From an uncultured Chloroflexia bacterium (GTDB lineage Bacteria; Chloroflexota; Anaerolineae; CG2-30-64-16): a DNA stretch of 64,000 nt. Numbering within the stretch: the stretch's first letter is position 1; every line of letters begins with the position of its first letter. Below, one piece after another: positions 1 to 11,206 of this stretch. The stretch lies in contig CAWEMM010000013.1 of NCBI GenBank assembly GCA_963810095.1, positions 96,001-160,000 on the forward strand, in the 5' to 3' direction. Below the pieces are notes generated by a model. It saw nothing but the letters and a program-made list of their open reading frames with translations. It made no database searches and was not told the origin of the DNA. A program made the position numbers and the translations under genes.

Positions 1-145
1 TCCGTTCGACCGTTTTCGTGCGATAATCTCCTTGTGCTGCGGCGCGGAGGCGGCGCTTGTGGGGCTTACAGGCCCCGCTTAAGGCGTGGCAGCTTTCCGC
101 CTTACAGACTCTCTCCGTTCGTCTCAGGCACGAGGAGGTGCTCTC

Positions 146-2254
146 ATGTGGGCTGCACACCGGTCTTCGTCCGTTCGTCTCTTCATCGTCACCGCCGGCT
201 TCGTTGGACTCGCCGCAGCGTTCCTGCTGCTTGTCCAGCCGGCCCCTGCCGCCGTCTCCGCGAGCGCGCCGCTTGCTCCGACCGTCACGCCATCGCCCGC
301 ACCCACCCCACTTCCAATGGCGGGCAACTGGCGCCCGCAGACCACCGGCGCTACGAACTGGCTGTGGCCGGTGCAGTGGGTCGATCAGCAGTTCGCGCGG
401 GCCGCGGGGTCGGCGGGCAAGGTGCTCGGCACCGAAACCTCGGGGTTGACCTGGGCTCCCGTCCCGTCCGCGCCGCCCACCGCCCGCGATATTCACGACA
501 TGTGTTTCGTCGACAAATACTACGGCTGGATCGTCACCGACGGCTACCTGGGACGCACCACGGACGGCGGCAAGACCTGGCAGCAGCAGCCCTACGACGG
601 CGGAGTGAGCATGGGGTGCTATTTCCGCAGCCGGACGCGGGGCTGGGTGGTGGGCCAGGACAGGGTGCGCCGGACGACCGATGGCGGCGCCACGTGGCAG
701 ACCGTGTCGATCCCGGGCGCGACGCTGCAAGACGTATTCTTCATCGACCAGAATGTTGGCTGGATGGTAGGGCACGGCGGCGGAGTCTGGAAGTCGACCG
801 ACGGCGGCGCCACCTGGACCCCCCAAATCTCGGGCGTAACCGAGATCCTGGAAGGCGTGCACTTCTTTGACAGCTCGCACGGCATCGTCGTGGGCCACGC
901 GGGCGTGATCCTGACGACCGCAGACGGCGGCGCAACATGGACCCGCCGCCTCACCGGCTTTGCGACGGACCTTTACGGCGTGGAGTTCACGGACGCAACC
1001 TTCGGTTGGGTCAGCGGCGACAACGGCCTCGTGCTGATGACCCGCGACGGCGGCCAGACGTGGACGCAGGAAGCCACCGGCACGACCACTACTCTGCAGA
1101 AGCTGTCCGCGCTCGATGCGAACCACATACTCGTTGCAGGGCGCAACGGCACAATCCTGCGCCGCCTGCTCGACCTGGCCCTGCGGACCCGCCGGGCAAT
1201 CAACCCGCCGGCACTCGACGGCGCGCTCGACGAGTGGAGCGGCATCCCGGGCGTCTACCTGAACAAGTCGACGGCGGAGACCGTCGAGAAGGTCATTCCG
1301 AACAGCGACGACCTGGAGATGAACCTCAAGGCGACCTGGCGGCCCGACTATCTTTACCTGGCCGGGCCGATTAAGGACGACGTGCTCATCGGGAACGACG
1401 GCGACCCGGCAAAACCCTGGGTAAACGATTCCATCGAGATTGGGATCGAGTCGGCCGCGGGGACACACCAATTCACCTTTGCCATCGACGGTCGGGAGGC
1501 GGATCAGGGCGTACCGATCTCGGGTCTCGCGTTCTACACGCGCACGGTCAGCGGCGGCTGGAACTTCGAGCTGGCCATCCCCGCGTCGGCATTGGGCCTG
1601 ACCCATTTCCAGGCGGGCCAGAGCTTCAAGTTCACCTTCGGCGCCTGGGACGACGACGAGCGGGGCGGGACATCCGGCCAGTCGCACTTGATCCGCCGGG
1701 GCACCAGCACCTACGCCCCTGCCTCCAGCATCACGGGCTGGGGCGAGCTGCAGCTTCTCGACGAGGACGAGAATTTCCCCGCTGCCACGTCGACGCCGAC
1801 GGCAACCCCCACCGAGACAGCCACGCCATCGCCGACGGCCACACCGTCGCTCACTCCGACCGATACACCGACTGCCACCGTCACGCCGTCGCCCTCTGTC
1901 ACGCCCACCGCGAGCCCCACGCCGCCAAGTTACGGCTCGATCCGCGGGCGCGTCTGGTATGATCTGAACGGCGACGGCGCGATTGACGACGGGGAACTGG
2001 GGATCTTCGGCGCGGAAGTGCGGCTGTACGCGGGCGCCGTGCTGCGGGGCATCGCGCACACCGACATGAGCGGCGAGTATATGATGGCCGGCTTGCTTGT
2101 GGGCCAGTACCGTCTCGAACATACAGCGCCCGCAGGGCTATTGGCTTCCACGCCACGCCAGGTGACCGTAATTGTTGACGCGGATGCCGAAAAGGTAGTA
2201 AACTTCGGTGATTGGGCGGGCCGCCGGACCTGGCTGCCGCTTCTGCTGAAGTAG
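146..2254 (+). CDS. Secreted modular surface protein: Ycf48/BNR (Asp-box) beta-propeller, CBM9/DOMON-like sugar-binding domain, Thr/Pro linker, SdrD-B-like domain, C-terminal LPL motif
   Basis: ATG 146 after GAGGAGG RBS; hydrophobic signal peptide; repeated (T/S)xDGGxTW Asp-boxes; 'PALDGALDEW...DSIEIGI' CBM9-like; TPTATPT repeats; 'GRVWYDLNGDG' SdrD-B; ends RRTWLPLLLK. Confidence 0.85.
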   Translation: MWAAHRSSSVRLFIVTAGFVGLAAAFLLLVQPAPAAVSASAPLAPTVTPSPAPTPLPMAGNWRPQTTGATNWLWPVQWVDQQFARAAGSAGKVLGTETSGLTWAPVPSAPPTARDIHDMCFVDKYYGWIVTDGYLGRTTDGGKTWQQQPYDGGVSMGCYFRSRTRGWVVGQDRVRRTTDGGATWQTVSIPGATLQDVFFIDQNVGWMVGHGGGVWKSTDGGATWTPQISGVTEILEGVHFFDSSHGIVVGHAGVILTTADGGATWTRRLTGFATDLYGVEFTDATFGWVSGDNGLVLMTRDGGQTWTQEATGTTTTLQKLSALDANHILVAGRNGTILRRLLDLALRTRRAINPPALDGALDEWSGIPGVYLNKSTAETVEKVIPNSDDLEMNLKATWRPDYLYLAGPIKDDVLIGNDGDPAKPWVNDSIEIGIESAAGTHQFTFAIDGREADQGVPISGLAFYTRTVSGGWNFELAIPASALGLTHFQAGQSFKFTFGAWDDDERGGTSGQSHLIRRGTSTYAPASSITGWGELQLLDEDENFPAATSTPTATPTETATPSPTATPSLTPTDTPTATVTPSPSVTPTASPTPPSYGSIRGRVWYDLNGDGAIDDGELGIFGAEVRLYAGAVLRGIAHTDMSGEYMMAGLLVGQYRLEHTAPAGLLASTPRQVTVIVDADAEKVVNFGDWAGRRTWLPLLLK

Positions 2255-2379
2255 CCCGGCTGATCTTGCTCTGCTGGATCAGCCCCTGTCGCCCTACTTT
2301 CGGATGCCACACCGGCGTCGTTCACCCGACGATGCCGGTGTTGTTCGTCTCCATCCGTATCACCTCCGTGAGGATTTGG

Positions 2380-4332
2380 ATGAATCAGCGTACAGGACGC
2401 GGGCTACTGCTGCTCGGCGCCTTGGGCTTTGCGATCATCGGGCAATTCTTCTTCGCCAAACGGCCGAATAACTTCTGGGACGCCGTCGTCTTTTACGCAG
2501 CGGCGGTTGTATGCCTGCTGCTGCTGACCCGGGACGCGCCCGCGTCTGTCGAAGCAGAAGAGCAACCGGCCCGCCCGCGCACGGTCGAAGAGTGGGCCCG
2601 CATCGGGCTCGCCGCGGCGGGCGCACTGCTCGCCATTGCCACCGTGCTCCAGCTCAGCAAACCCCAGGATTCCTACTGGCCCATCTTCTGGTGCTGGCTC
2701 TTCAGCATCGTGCTCGTGCTGCTGGCCGCGCTGCCGCCATGGGCCGAGCTGCGGGGGGCAGTGGGCGGCTACTTCCGCAGCCTGCTGACGTGGGAAGCGC
2801 TGGCCGTGGCGGGGGTTGTCATCCTCGCGCTGGCCCTGCGCGTCTGGCGCATCGACAGCATCCCGTGGACCCTGGGCGGCGATGAGGGCAGCCAGGGCCT
2901 GTGGGCCCGCGACGTGATCGCTGGCCGGCTGCCCAACATGTTCGGGTTGGGCTGGCTGTCCGTGCCCAACATGTCGTTTTACTGGCAGGCAGCCTGGTTC
3001 CGCCTGTTCGGCGACGACGTGATGGGTCTGCGCCTCCCCTGGGCCGTGATCGGCGCGGGAACGGTCGTCGGAGTGTACCTGCTCGTGCGCCGGCTGTTTG
3101 ACCGTTGGCTGGCCCTACTCACAGCACTCTTGCTTGCTACCTACCATTTCCACATCCACTACAGCCGCCTGGGCTCGAACCAGATCGCGGACCCATTCTT
3201 CACCGTCTGGGCGCTGTACTTCTTGGTGCTTGGCCTGCAGTCGAAGCGGGCGTGGCCGTGGGCCGTGAGCGGGGTGATCGCCGGCCTGGCCTTCTTCTTC
3301 TATGCGGGTTCACGCCAGGTCCCGATTATCCTCGTCGCCGTGCTCGCCTGGGTGGCGCTGGTCGATTTCGAGACCGTGCGCGAGCGCGGTCGCCTGCTCC
3401 TGGTCATGCTCGGGTCCTTCGCCGTCACGGTCGGACCGATGGCGCTGCTTGCGCTCCGGTCGCCCAACGACTTCAACGCCCGGCTGAACGCGGTTGGAAT
3501 CTTCCAGTCGGGGCTGATCGACCAGATCGCGCAGGCCACGGGGAAGACCCGGGTTGAGGTGCTGCTCGACCAGGTCAAGCAGGCGTTCTTCGCCTTCAAC
3601 CTCACCAAGGACCGGGTGGTGTGGTACGGGCCGGCGATCCCCCTGCTCCAGTTCGGCGCATCCGTCTTCTTCGTGCTTGGCGCCGCCTTCAGCCTGTCGC
3701 GCTGGCGGCAGTGGCGCTACTGGCTCTTCATCATCTGGTTCGTGATCGTGATCGGGCTCGGCGGTGCGCTGACCGAGAATCCGCCTTCCAGCCAGCGCCT
3801 TGTTTCGAGCGCCGTGCCCGTGGCGTTCTTCATCGCAGTGGCGCTGGTCCAGCTTGCCCGGGCGTTCCAGTCACTCGGCCCGCTGCCGCGGGTCGCGCGC
3901 TATGTCCTGGCGGGCGCCGCGGCGCTGCTCATTTGCGTGGCGAGCCTGCAGTACTACTTCGGACCGTACCAGGCAAGCTGGGTGTACGGCGGGATTAACG
4001 CGGAGGTGGCCACCTCGCTTGGGTACTACCTGCGCGACCTCGGGCCGGAGTACAAGGAGTACTTCTTCGGCGTGCCCCGCATGTGGGCCGACTTCGGCTC
4101 GACGCCGTTCATTGCAAAGGGCACCGGCATTTACGATGTGCAGCAGCCACTCGCGGGTTCACTCGACTTCGTGGACCCGGCGAAGAAAAGCGTCTTTGTC
4201 TTCCTGCCCGAGCGAATTTCCGAGCTCGAAGCCGTGCGCCAGTTGGCGCCGGGCGGGACGGTGGAGGAGGTGCGGCGTGTGCCAGGAGACTGGGACCGCC
4301 CCGTGCTCTTCACGGCGTACCGGCTGCCCTAG
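2380..4332 (+). CDS. GT-C (family 39/ArnT/PMT-like) membrane glycosyltransferase
   Basis: Polytopic hydrophobic protein; 'ALRVWRID..GGDEG' DE motif; 'HIHYSRLG'; start placed at ATG 2380 within ORF 2212..4332. Confidence 0.85.
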   Translation: MNQRTGRGLLLLGALGFAIIGQFFFAKRPNNFWDAVVFYAAAVVCLLLLTRDAPASVEAEEQPARPRTVEEWARIGLAAAGALLAIATVLQLSKPQDSYWPIFWCWLFSIVLVLLAALPPWAELRGAVGGYFRSLLTWEALAVAGVVILALALRVWRIDSIPWTLGGDEGSQGLWARDVIAGRLPNMFGLGWLSVPNMSFYWQAAWFRLFGDDVMGLRLPWAVIGAGTVVGVYLLVRRLFDRWLALLTALLLATYHFHIHYSRLGSNQIADPFFTVWALYFLVLGLQSKRAWPWAVSGVIAGLAFFFYAGSRQVPIILVAVLAWVALVDFETVRERGRLLLVMLGSFAVTVGPMALLALRSPNDFNARLNAVGIFQSGLIDQIAQATGKTRVEVLLDQVKQAFFAFNLTKDRVVWYGPAIPLLQFGASVFFVLGAAFSLSRWRQWRYWLFIIWFVIVIGLGGALTENPPSSQRLVSSAVPVAFFIAVALVQLARAFQSLGPLPRVARYVLAGAAALLICVASLQYYFGPYQASWVYGGINAEVATSLGYYLRDLGPEYKEYFFGVPRMWADFGSTPFIAKGTGIYDVQQPLAGSLDFVDPAKKSVFVFLPERISELEAVRQLAPGGTVEEVRRVPGDWDRPVLFTAYRLP

Positions 4333-4347
4333 GAAGTTGGCTTGCCC

Positions 4348-6352
4348 ATGACTATCGATCTGTCGCCGGTGGACGCCGGACAAAAACGCGCCGGGCAGGG
4401 CGGGGGCGCGCCCGGGCTGTCTGCGCCGGGGACATGGCAGCGGATCTCTCTGCGCAACTTTGCCGCGCCGTTTCTTGCGGTGCTCGGCGCACAGCTGCTG
4501 CTGCAGGCCGGCGGCGCCGACGCGGGCGTGGGGTTGGGCGGTGGTGGCCGGCAGCGTCGTGCTCCTTGTGCTGCGGCTGCGCAGCGACGTGCCCGGCCGG
4601 TGGGCCGATGCGCTTCAGATCGCGCTCGCGTTCACGCTCAGCCTGCAGCTCAGCCTCAACCTCGACCAAGTTAAGCAGCGCCTGGCGCCCGGCGAGCAGA
4701 TCCTCGTCTGGGCCCTGAGCAGCAGCCTCGTGATCCTGACCGTTCTGAACTTCAGGCCGCGGCGCATCGAGCTGCATCTGCCCCCGTTTCGGCTCGATAA
4801 GTGGGACGGCCTGGCGATCGGCCTGCTGCTGTGCGCGGCGGCCCTCACCCGCATCCCGTCGCTCGACCGCATCCCCCTTGGGTTCGACCCGGACGAGGGC
4901 TCATTTGCGACTTTCGCCTGGGACGCAGCCAGCGGCGCAGCCCGCGACCCCTTCTCGACCGGCTGGGCGACCCACCCGACCCTGCAATTCTTCCTTAATG
5001 CGCCGCTGGTCGACGTGCTTGGCAGGAACGGGTGGGCCATGCGCCTGCCCTCCGCCCTGCTCGGCATCCTGGCCGTGGCCGCCATCTACCTGTTCAGCCG
5101 GGTAGGTTACGGGCGCCGGGTGGCCCTCATCGCAGGAGTTCTGGCAGTCGCATCCGACGTATTGATCCAATTCAGCCGGCTCGGCATCAACAACATATCG
5201 GATACGCTCTTTATGGCGTGGACGGTGGCTGCGCTGTGGATTGCGGGGTCGACGGGTTGGCCCGGTGCGTGGGCAGCGGCAGGGGCGGGGTTGGGGCTCT
5301 CGCAGTATTACTATTTCGGAGCGCGGGCGATCCCGTTCGTCGTCGCGGTCAACCTGCTGGTCTGGCTAATGGCTGACCGCAAGGGCGTGTTCCGGGCGTG
5401 GCCGCTGCTTTTAGGTGGGCTGCTGGTTACGCTGGTCGTGGCCGGGCCGCTGGCGGGACACATGCTCCGAACCCCCGGCAGCGTCAGCGAGCACATGTTC
5501 CTGACGGCACCGTTTTCGGCCGGAATTGCCGAGCAGGCGGCGAAGCTCGGGACGAGTCCGTTGGGCGTGTGGGCGCGCCATCTGTCCCAGAGCCTGGGCG
5601 TCTTTACGGTCGTCCCAGACCAGGGCAGCTTCTACCATCCCGAGCGGCCGCTGCTCGATGCCCTGCAGGCGCCCTTCTTCCTGCTCGGCTTGGCTGCCAT
5701 GCTGCTCGCGATCCGGCGGCCCATCCACCAAGCCGTGCTTCTCTCGCTGGGCGCGGTGCTGCTGCTCGGCTCGGTGCTGATGAACGATCCGGCCGCATTC
5801 CACCGGCTGCTCGGGATGATGCCCTTCGTGATCGTCGTCGTGGCCCTTGGCGTAGACACCGTGGCCTGGCTGGCCGTAAGCGTGCTGCAGGGGTGCGAGG
5901 ACCCGGGCCGAGCGCGCCGGGTGCGTATGGGGCTCGGGGCGACCCTGGCCGGGCTGATGGCCGTGACGACGCTCAATTTCTACTTCCGCAGCTACCCGGA
6001 CACGGTTGCCTACAAGCCGCCCAATCAGACGGCGGTTAGCATCGCCGCGCTGGAGTACGCCGCGGCGGGCGGGCAGGGCGCGTATTTCATCTGCACCTCG
6101 GATGGCGTCGATCCGGCAGGGAAGGTGTATCATACGCCCTTGGTCTACGCGGCCGGCGACAAGGTCAAGGGCTGCGTGCCCGAGTTGATCGCCCAGGCGG
6201 CCGGCAGCCGGCCCCTAACCTTCTACTTCCTGGCCGACCAGTTTGCGCTTGAGCAGTCGATCACGGCCCAGTTCCCGGGGGGAACGGCCGCCGACTATCA
6301 CCGGCCCAGCGACGGCCAGCTTATCATGACGCGTTATCGAGTGACGCAGTGA
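4348..6352 (+). pseudogene. GT-C (family 39/ArnT-like) glycosyltransferase with +1 frameshift near 4515 (possibly a sequencing error)
   Basis: N-terminus with a TM helix in ORF 4342..4674 continues into ORF 4460..6352 ('TRAWGWAVV'); 'TRIPSLD..DPDEG' DE motif; paralogue of the preceding gene. Confidence 0.75.
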
Positions 6353-6423
6353 CGTGGTAGGGTAAGGCAAGCGCTGCAAGCGCATACCTCACCCAAAAGT
6401 GCATTTATCACGGAGTTTTCCGA

Positions 6424-9400
6424 ATGACCCAACAGACAACCCAGGCGGGTGAGGCAGACGCGGGCGGCGCCATCAGCGCGGCCGAGCTGCGTGACAACTG
6501 GCGATCCGTGCGGACGTGGCTGCGCTCGGACGCTGCCCCGCGCTGGATCCTCATTGGGATCCTGATCGTAGGCGCGCTGCTCCGGCTGACGAACCTCAAC
6601 TGGGACCAGTTCACACACATCCACCCCGACGAGCGTTTCCTGACGATGGTCACGGCGGGCATGAAGCTGCCCGACAGCGTAGGCCAGTTCTTCGACAGCA
6701 CCCAATCGCCGATGAACCCCTACAACATCGGCTATGACTTCTTCGTCTACGGAACGCTCCCGCTCTTCATCGTCCGCGTCGCCGCCGAGTTTGCGCAGAA
6801 GCTCAATGAGGCGCTGCAGCTCTGGGCCACGCCCTCGGGCGTGCCCATCATCCTGACCGGGTTTGATGGCGTGCACCTGGTGGGCCGCTTCATGTCGGGG
6901 CTGTTCGACGTCGGGTGCATCTGGCTGACCTATCTCGTCGCACGGCGGCTGTACAGCGCCCGGGTCGGGCTCCTGGCCGCGGCATTGTACGCGTTCTCGG
7001 TCCTGCCGCTGCAACAAGCGCATTTCTACACGGTCGACACGTTCGGCACGTTCTTCGCCCTGCTCACCTTCTACTTCTGCGTCCGGGTTGCGCAAGGCGG
7101 AGGCTGGTGGCACTACGTCTGGATGGGCGTCGGACTGGGCGCCGCGCTGGCGTCACGGATCAACCTGGCGCCGCTCGCGGGCATCGCGCTGCTGGCCGCC
7201 GCGATTCAGGTGTGGGACGAAATCTCAGCCCAGCGCGGCCGGGCCGCATCCGGCTCGGGTGAGGACACGGGCTGGCTTGGCCTGCTGGTCCAGGCGACGC
7301 TGTTCCGACTCGCGCTGTTCGGGATTGCGGCCATCGTCGTCTTCCGCATGGCCCAGCCGTATGCGTTCGGCGGCACGTCGCTCATGACCTTCACGTTGGG
7401 CGACAAGTTCCGGGAGAGCATGCGCCAGATCCAGGCGCTGATCAGCGGCGCGGCCGACTACCCGCCCGGCCACCAGTGGACGAGCCGGACCCCGTTCGTC
7501 TTCCCGTTCGTCAATATGGTGGTGTGGGGGCTCGGCCTATTCCTCGGCCTGTTTGGCTGGCTGGGGTGGCTCGTCGCCACGTTCCAGATCCTCAAGGCGT
7601 TCACCATCAAGGGCGACAAGACCGACGCGAAACGGCACCTGCTCCCGGTCGCGTGGGTGGGGGGCATGTTCCTGTGGCAGGGGCTGCAGTTCGTCCAGTC
7701 CATGCGCTACCTGCTGCCCACGTATCCGCTGCTCGCCGTGCTGGCCGCGTGGTTGCTCTGGTTCCTCGTCGCCAAGGCGCGGGCGTACCAGGCCGCGCGG
7801 GCGGCGGCAGGAACGTCCTTCGGCGAGGGCCGCGGCGTGGCCGGTCGGATCTCGGCCGTCTGGCGGCGCATCCTGACCGTACCCGTCGCGTATGGGCTGA
7901 TGACGGTCGTGGTCATCACGACGATGCTATGGGGTTGGGGCTTCCTGGCCATCTACCGCCGGCCGCTCTCACGCATCACCGCGTCCAAGTGGCTCTACGA
8001 GAATGTGCCGCAGGGCAGTGTGCTGGCGAACGAGCATTGGGACGACCCGCTGCCGTTCAGCCTGGATGGCCACGTGGCCTACGGCGGCGGAGGGTATTTC
8101 CGCTCGCTCAAGAGCTCGGACGACGGCGTGATGCAGATGTACTGGGAGGACACGCCGGAGAAGCGCGAGGCGATGTACAAGTGGCTCGACGAGGCCGACT
8201 ACATTGTCCAATCGTCGAACCGGCTTTGGGGATCCATCCCGCGGCTCCCCATGCGTTTCCCGATGTCGAGCGAGTTCTACCGCCTGCTGCATGAGGGTAA
8301 GCTCGGCTTCGAGCTGGTGCAGGACGTGACCTCGTTCCCGACCATCTTCGGTATCCCGTTTAATGACACGGGCGCCGAGGAAGCCTTCAGCGTCTACGAC
8401 CACCCCGAGGTGCGGATCTACAAGAAGACGCCCGCCTACAGCGAGGCGTTGCTGCGAAGCTACTTCGACCAGGTTGACCTGGAAAATACGATCCAGATGT
8501 GGCCAAAGATGGCGTCATCTGCGCCGACTGCCTTGCTCATGACGGCGAAGGACTTCGCCACCCAGCAGGCGGGCGGCACATGGACGGACATTTTCGACCT
8601 GGACAGCCTCGTCAACCGGTCGCCGGTGGTCGCGGTGATTGTGTGGCTGGCGCTCCTCATCCTCCTCGGCATCGTCGCGTTCCCGATCACGTTCGTGGTG
8701 CTGCGCAAGCTGAGCGACCGGGGTTACGGCGTGGCGAAGATGCTGGGCATGCTGCTGCTGGCCTGGCTGGCCTGGTTCCTGCCCGCACTCAAGGTCACGA
8801 GTTACAGCCGCTCGTGGATCGCGCTCTGCCTGGGCTTGCTGGTCGGGCTGTCGGCCATGATTGCCTGGCGGCGGTGGGGCCTGATCCGCGAGTTTATCCG
8901 TGAACGCCGCGCCCTGCTAATCACCGAGGAAGTCATCTTCCTCGCCATGTTCGGGCTGTTCCTGCTGATCCGCATCGGCAACCCCGATCTGTGGCACCTG
9001 GCCCGCGGGGGCGAGAAGCCGATGGAGTTCGCGTACCTCAACGCGGTGATTCGCTCGACCGTGTTCCCGCCGTATGACCCGTGGCACGCGGGCGGCTTCA
9101 TGAACTACTACTACTTCGGCTGGGTCATCGTCGGTACGCTGATCAAGCTGACCGGCATCGCACCCTGGGTCGCCTATAACCTGGCGGTGCCGACGCTGTT
9201 TGCGCTGACCGGGCTGGGCGCGTTCTCCGTGGCGTACAACCTGGCCGAGGGCGACCGCGCGACCCGGCTGAGGGGCGACGACCGGGCTTCTGCCGGCATG
9301 CGCGACCGGCTCGTTGCTGGCCGGCCTGGCGGGTCTGTTCTTCGTCACGATCATCGGCAACCTGGGCAACCTGAAGCTGCTGATCGACCAGTTCAGTCAG

Positions 9401-11197
9401 CGCGGGACGATTGCGATCGAGAGCAGCATCCCGGGCTTCGCCAAGCTGGTCGCGGCGCTCAGCGGCGTGGCGAACGTGGTCACGAACAAGGCCACGCTCG
9501 ACTTCCCGAATGACTGGTGGTTCTGGAACGCGTCGCGCGTGATCCCCGACACCATCAACGAGTTCCCGTTCTTCACCTTCACCTACGCGGACCTGCACGC
9601 ACACATGATCGCGCTGCCGCTCACGCTGCTGGCGCTGGCGTCGGTGGTTTCGCTGGCCCTGCTCGTGCCGCGCCGGTCGCCGAATGGTGCGGAGCCGTCG
9701 CCCTGGGCCGTTTCGCTGCCCGAGTTGCTGACCATCGTCCTGCTCGGCTTCGTCGTCGGCAGCCTGCGCGCTACCAACACCTGGGACTTCCCTACCTACG
9801 CGCTTGCCGGGTTGGCCGGCCTGGTGGTGCTCGAAATCACCCGGCGCGGTCCCGTGCTCGCGGCGGCTCGGCCTGATGGCATCCAGGAGTGGCTCGCGTT
9901 TAGCCTGCGGACGGTCGTGTCGGTGTTCTGGCGCTTCATTATCCTGTTCGCCGTCGGGGCAGTTGCCTTCTATCCCTTCACCTCCCACTATGCCACTGCG
10001 TACGCGGGGCTGGAGCAATACAAGGAAGCCAAGACTGCCATCGGCGACTACCTGACGCATTGGGGCTTCTTCATCGCGCTGGCCGTCGTCACCCTGGTGA
10101 CGGAGTTCGCAGCACAGCGGCGCGAGGGGCGGCTGGGGCGCTGGCTGGCCGACGGGCTGCCCATCCTGGGCGGAGCGATGGTGGTGCTCATCCTTGCGGG
10201 CTGGGTGCTGGGGGTGCGAGTCTGGATTATCGCGCTGCCCATGGCGCTGGCCGCACTCGTGCTGGCGCTGGGCCGCGACCTGCCGCCTGCCCGCCGCACG
10301 GCATTGCTCTTCCTGGCGCTGGCCCTCGCGATCACCATCGGGGTCGAGGTCGTGCGCCAGAAGGACGACATCGGCCGCATGAACACGGTGTTCAAGTTCT
10401 ACCTCCAGGCCTGGACGCTGTTCGGCGTGTCGCTCGCGTTCGGACTCGCCAGCTTCGCGGGGCGGATGGAACACCGGCGGGCGGCTGCGGGCAAGCTGGC
10501 CTGGGCCGTCGTCGGGGTGCTGTTCCTGGCGACCATGCTGTATCCGCCGTTCGCCGCGCGCGCCAAGATCCGCGACCGGTTCTCCGCCGAGGCGTCGCCG
10601 CGGGGGCTCGACGGCATGGCCTACATGGATCAGGCGCAATACTTCGACAACGGCCAGGACCTGCTGCTGGCCGACGACAAGGCGGCGATGCTCTGGCTGA
10701 TGCAGAATGTGCAGGGTTCGCCGACGATCCTCGAGGCCCAGATTCCCGAGTACCGCTGGGGCAGCCGCTTCAGCGTGTACACGGGCCTGCCGACCGTCCA
10801 GGGATGGAACTGGCACCAGCGCCAGCAGCGCTCGATCGTGCCCAGCGCGGAGGTGGAGCGCCGGGTCAACAGCGTCCAGGAGATTTACAACACGACAGAC
10901 CTCGCCCGGGCGCGACAGCTGCTCGACCGCTACGGCGTGCGGTTTGTGATCGTCGGCCAGGAGGAACGGGCCTACTACAATCCGGACGGCCTGGCGAAGT
11001 TCGGTGAGTTGGAGAACCAGGGCTACTTGAAGACGGTGTACCAGGGCGGCGCGGTGACCATCTTCGAGGTGGTGGCAGCGAACCGCGGGCCGAATGAGTC
11101 GTATGCCTACTTCCTGGAACCGCGGCTCGACGTGCCGGCCGACGACGGGAACGGCGCCATCGCGCCCAAGACGTTCGAGTCGCCGGTGGCCCAGTAG
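6424..11197 (+). pseudogene. GT39-like plus DUF2298 (Chlor_Arch_YYY) fusion membrane protein with +1 frameshift near 9303 (possibly a sequencing error)
   Basis: 'NWDQFTHIHPDERF', 'GGEKPMEFAYLN' and 'NYYYFG' in ORF 6424..9513; 'INEFPFF..ADLHAH', 'NTWD' and 'RMNTVFKFY' in ORF 9314..11197; colinear with the intact paralogue 11207..15850. Confidence 0.85.
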
Positions 11198-11206
11198 GCG
11201 AGGGGG

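Noticed and set aside
146-1170. Ycf48 as evidence of photosystem II
   Set aside because: Generic Asp-box propeller in a modular secreted protein; no photosynthesis genes
1783-1930. DNA-level tandem repeat
   Set aside because: Explained by the Thr/Pro protein linker with varied codons
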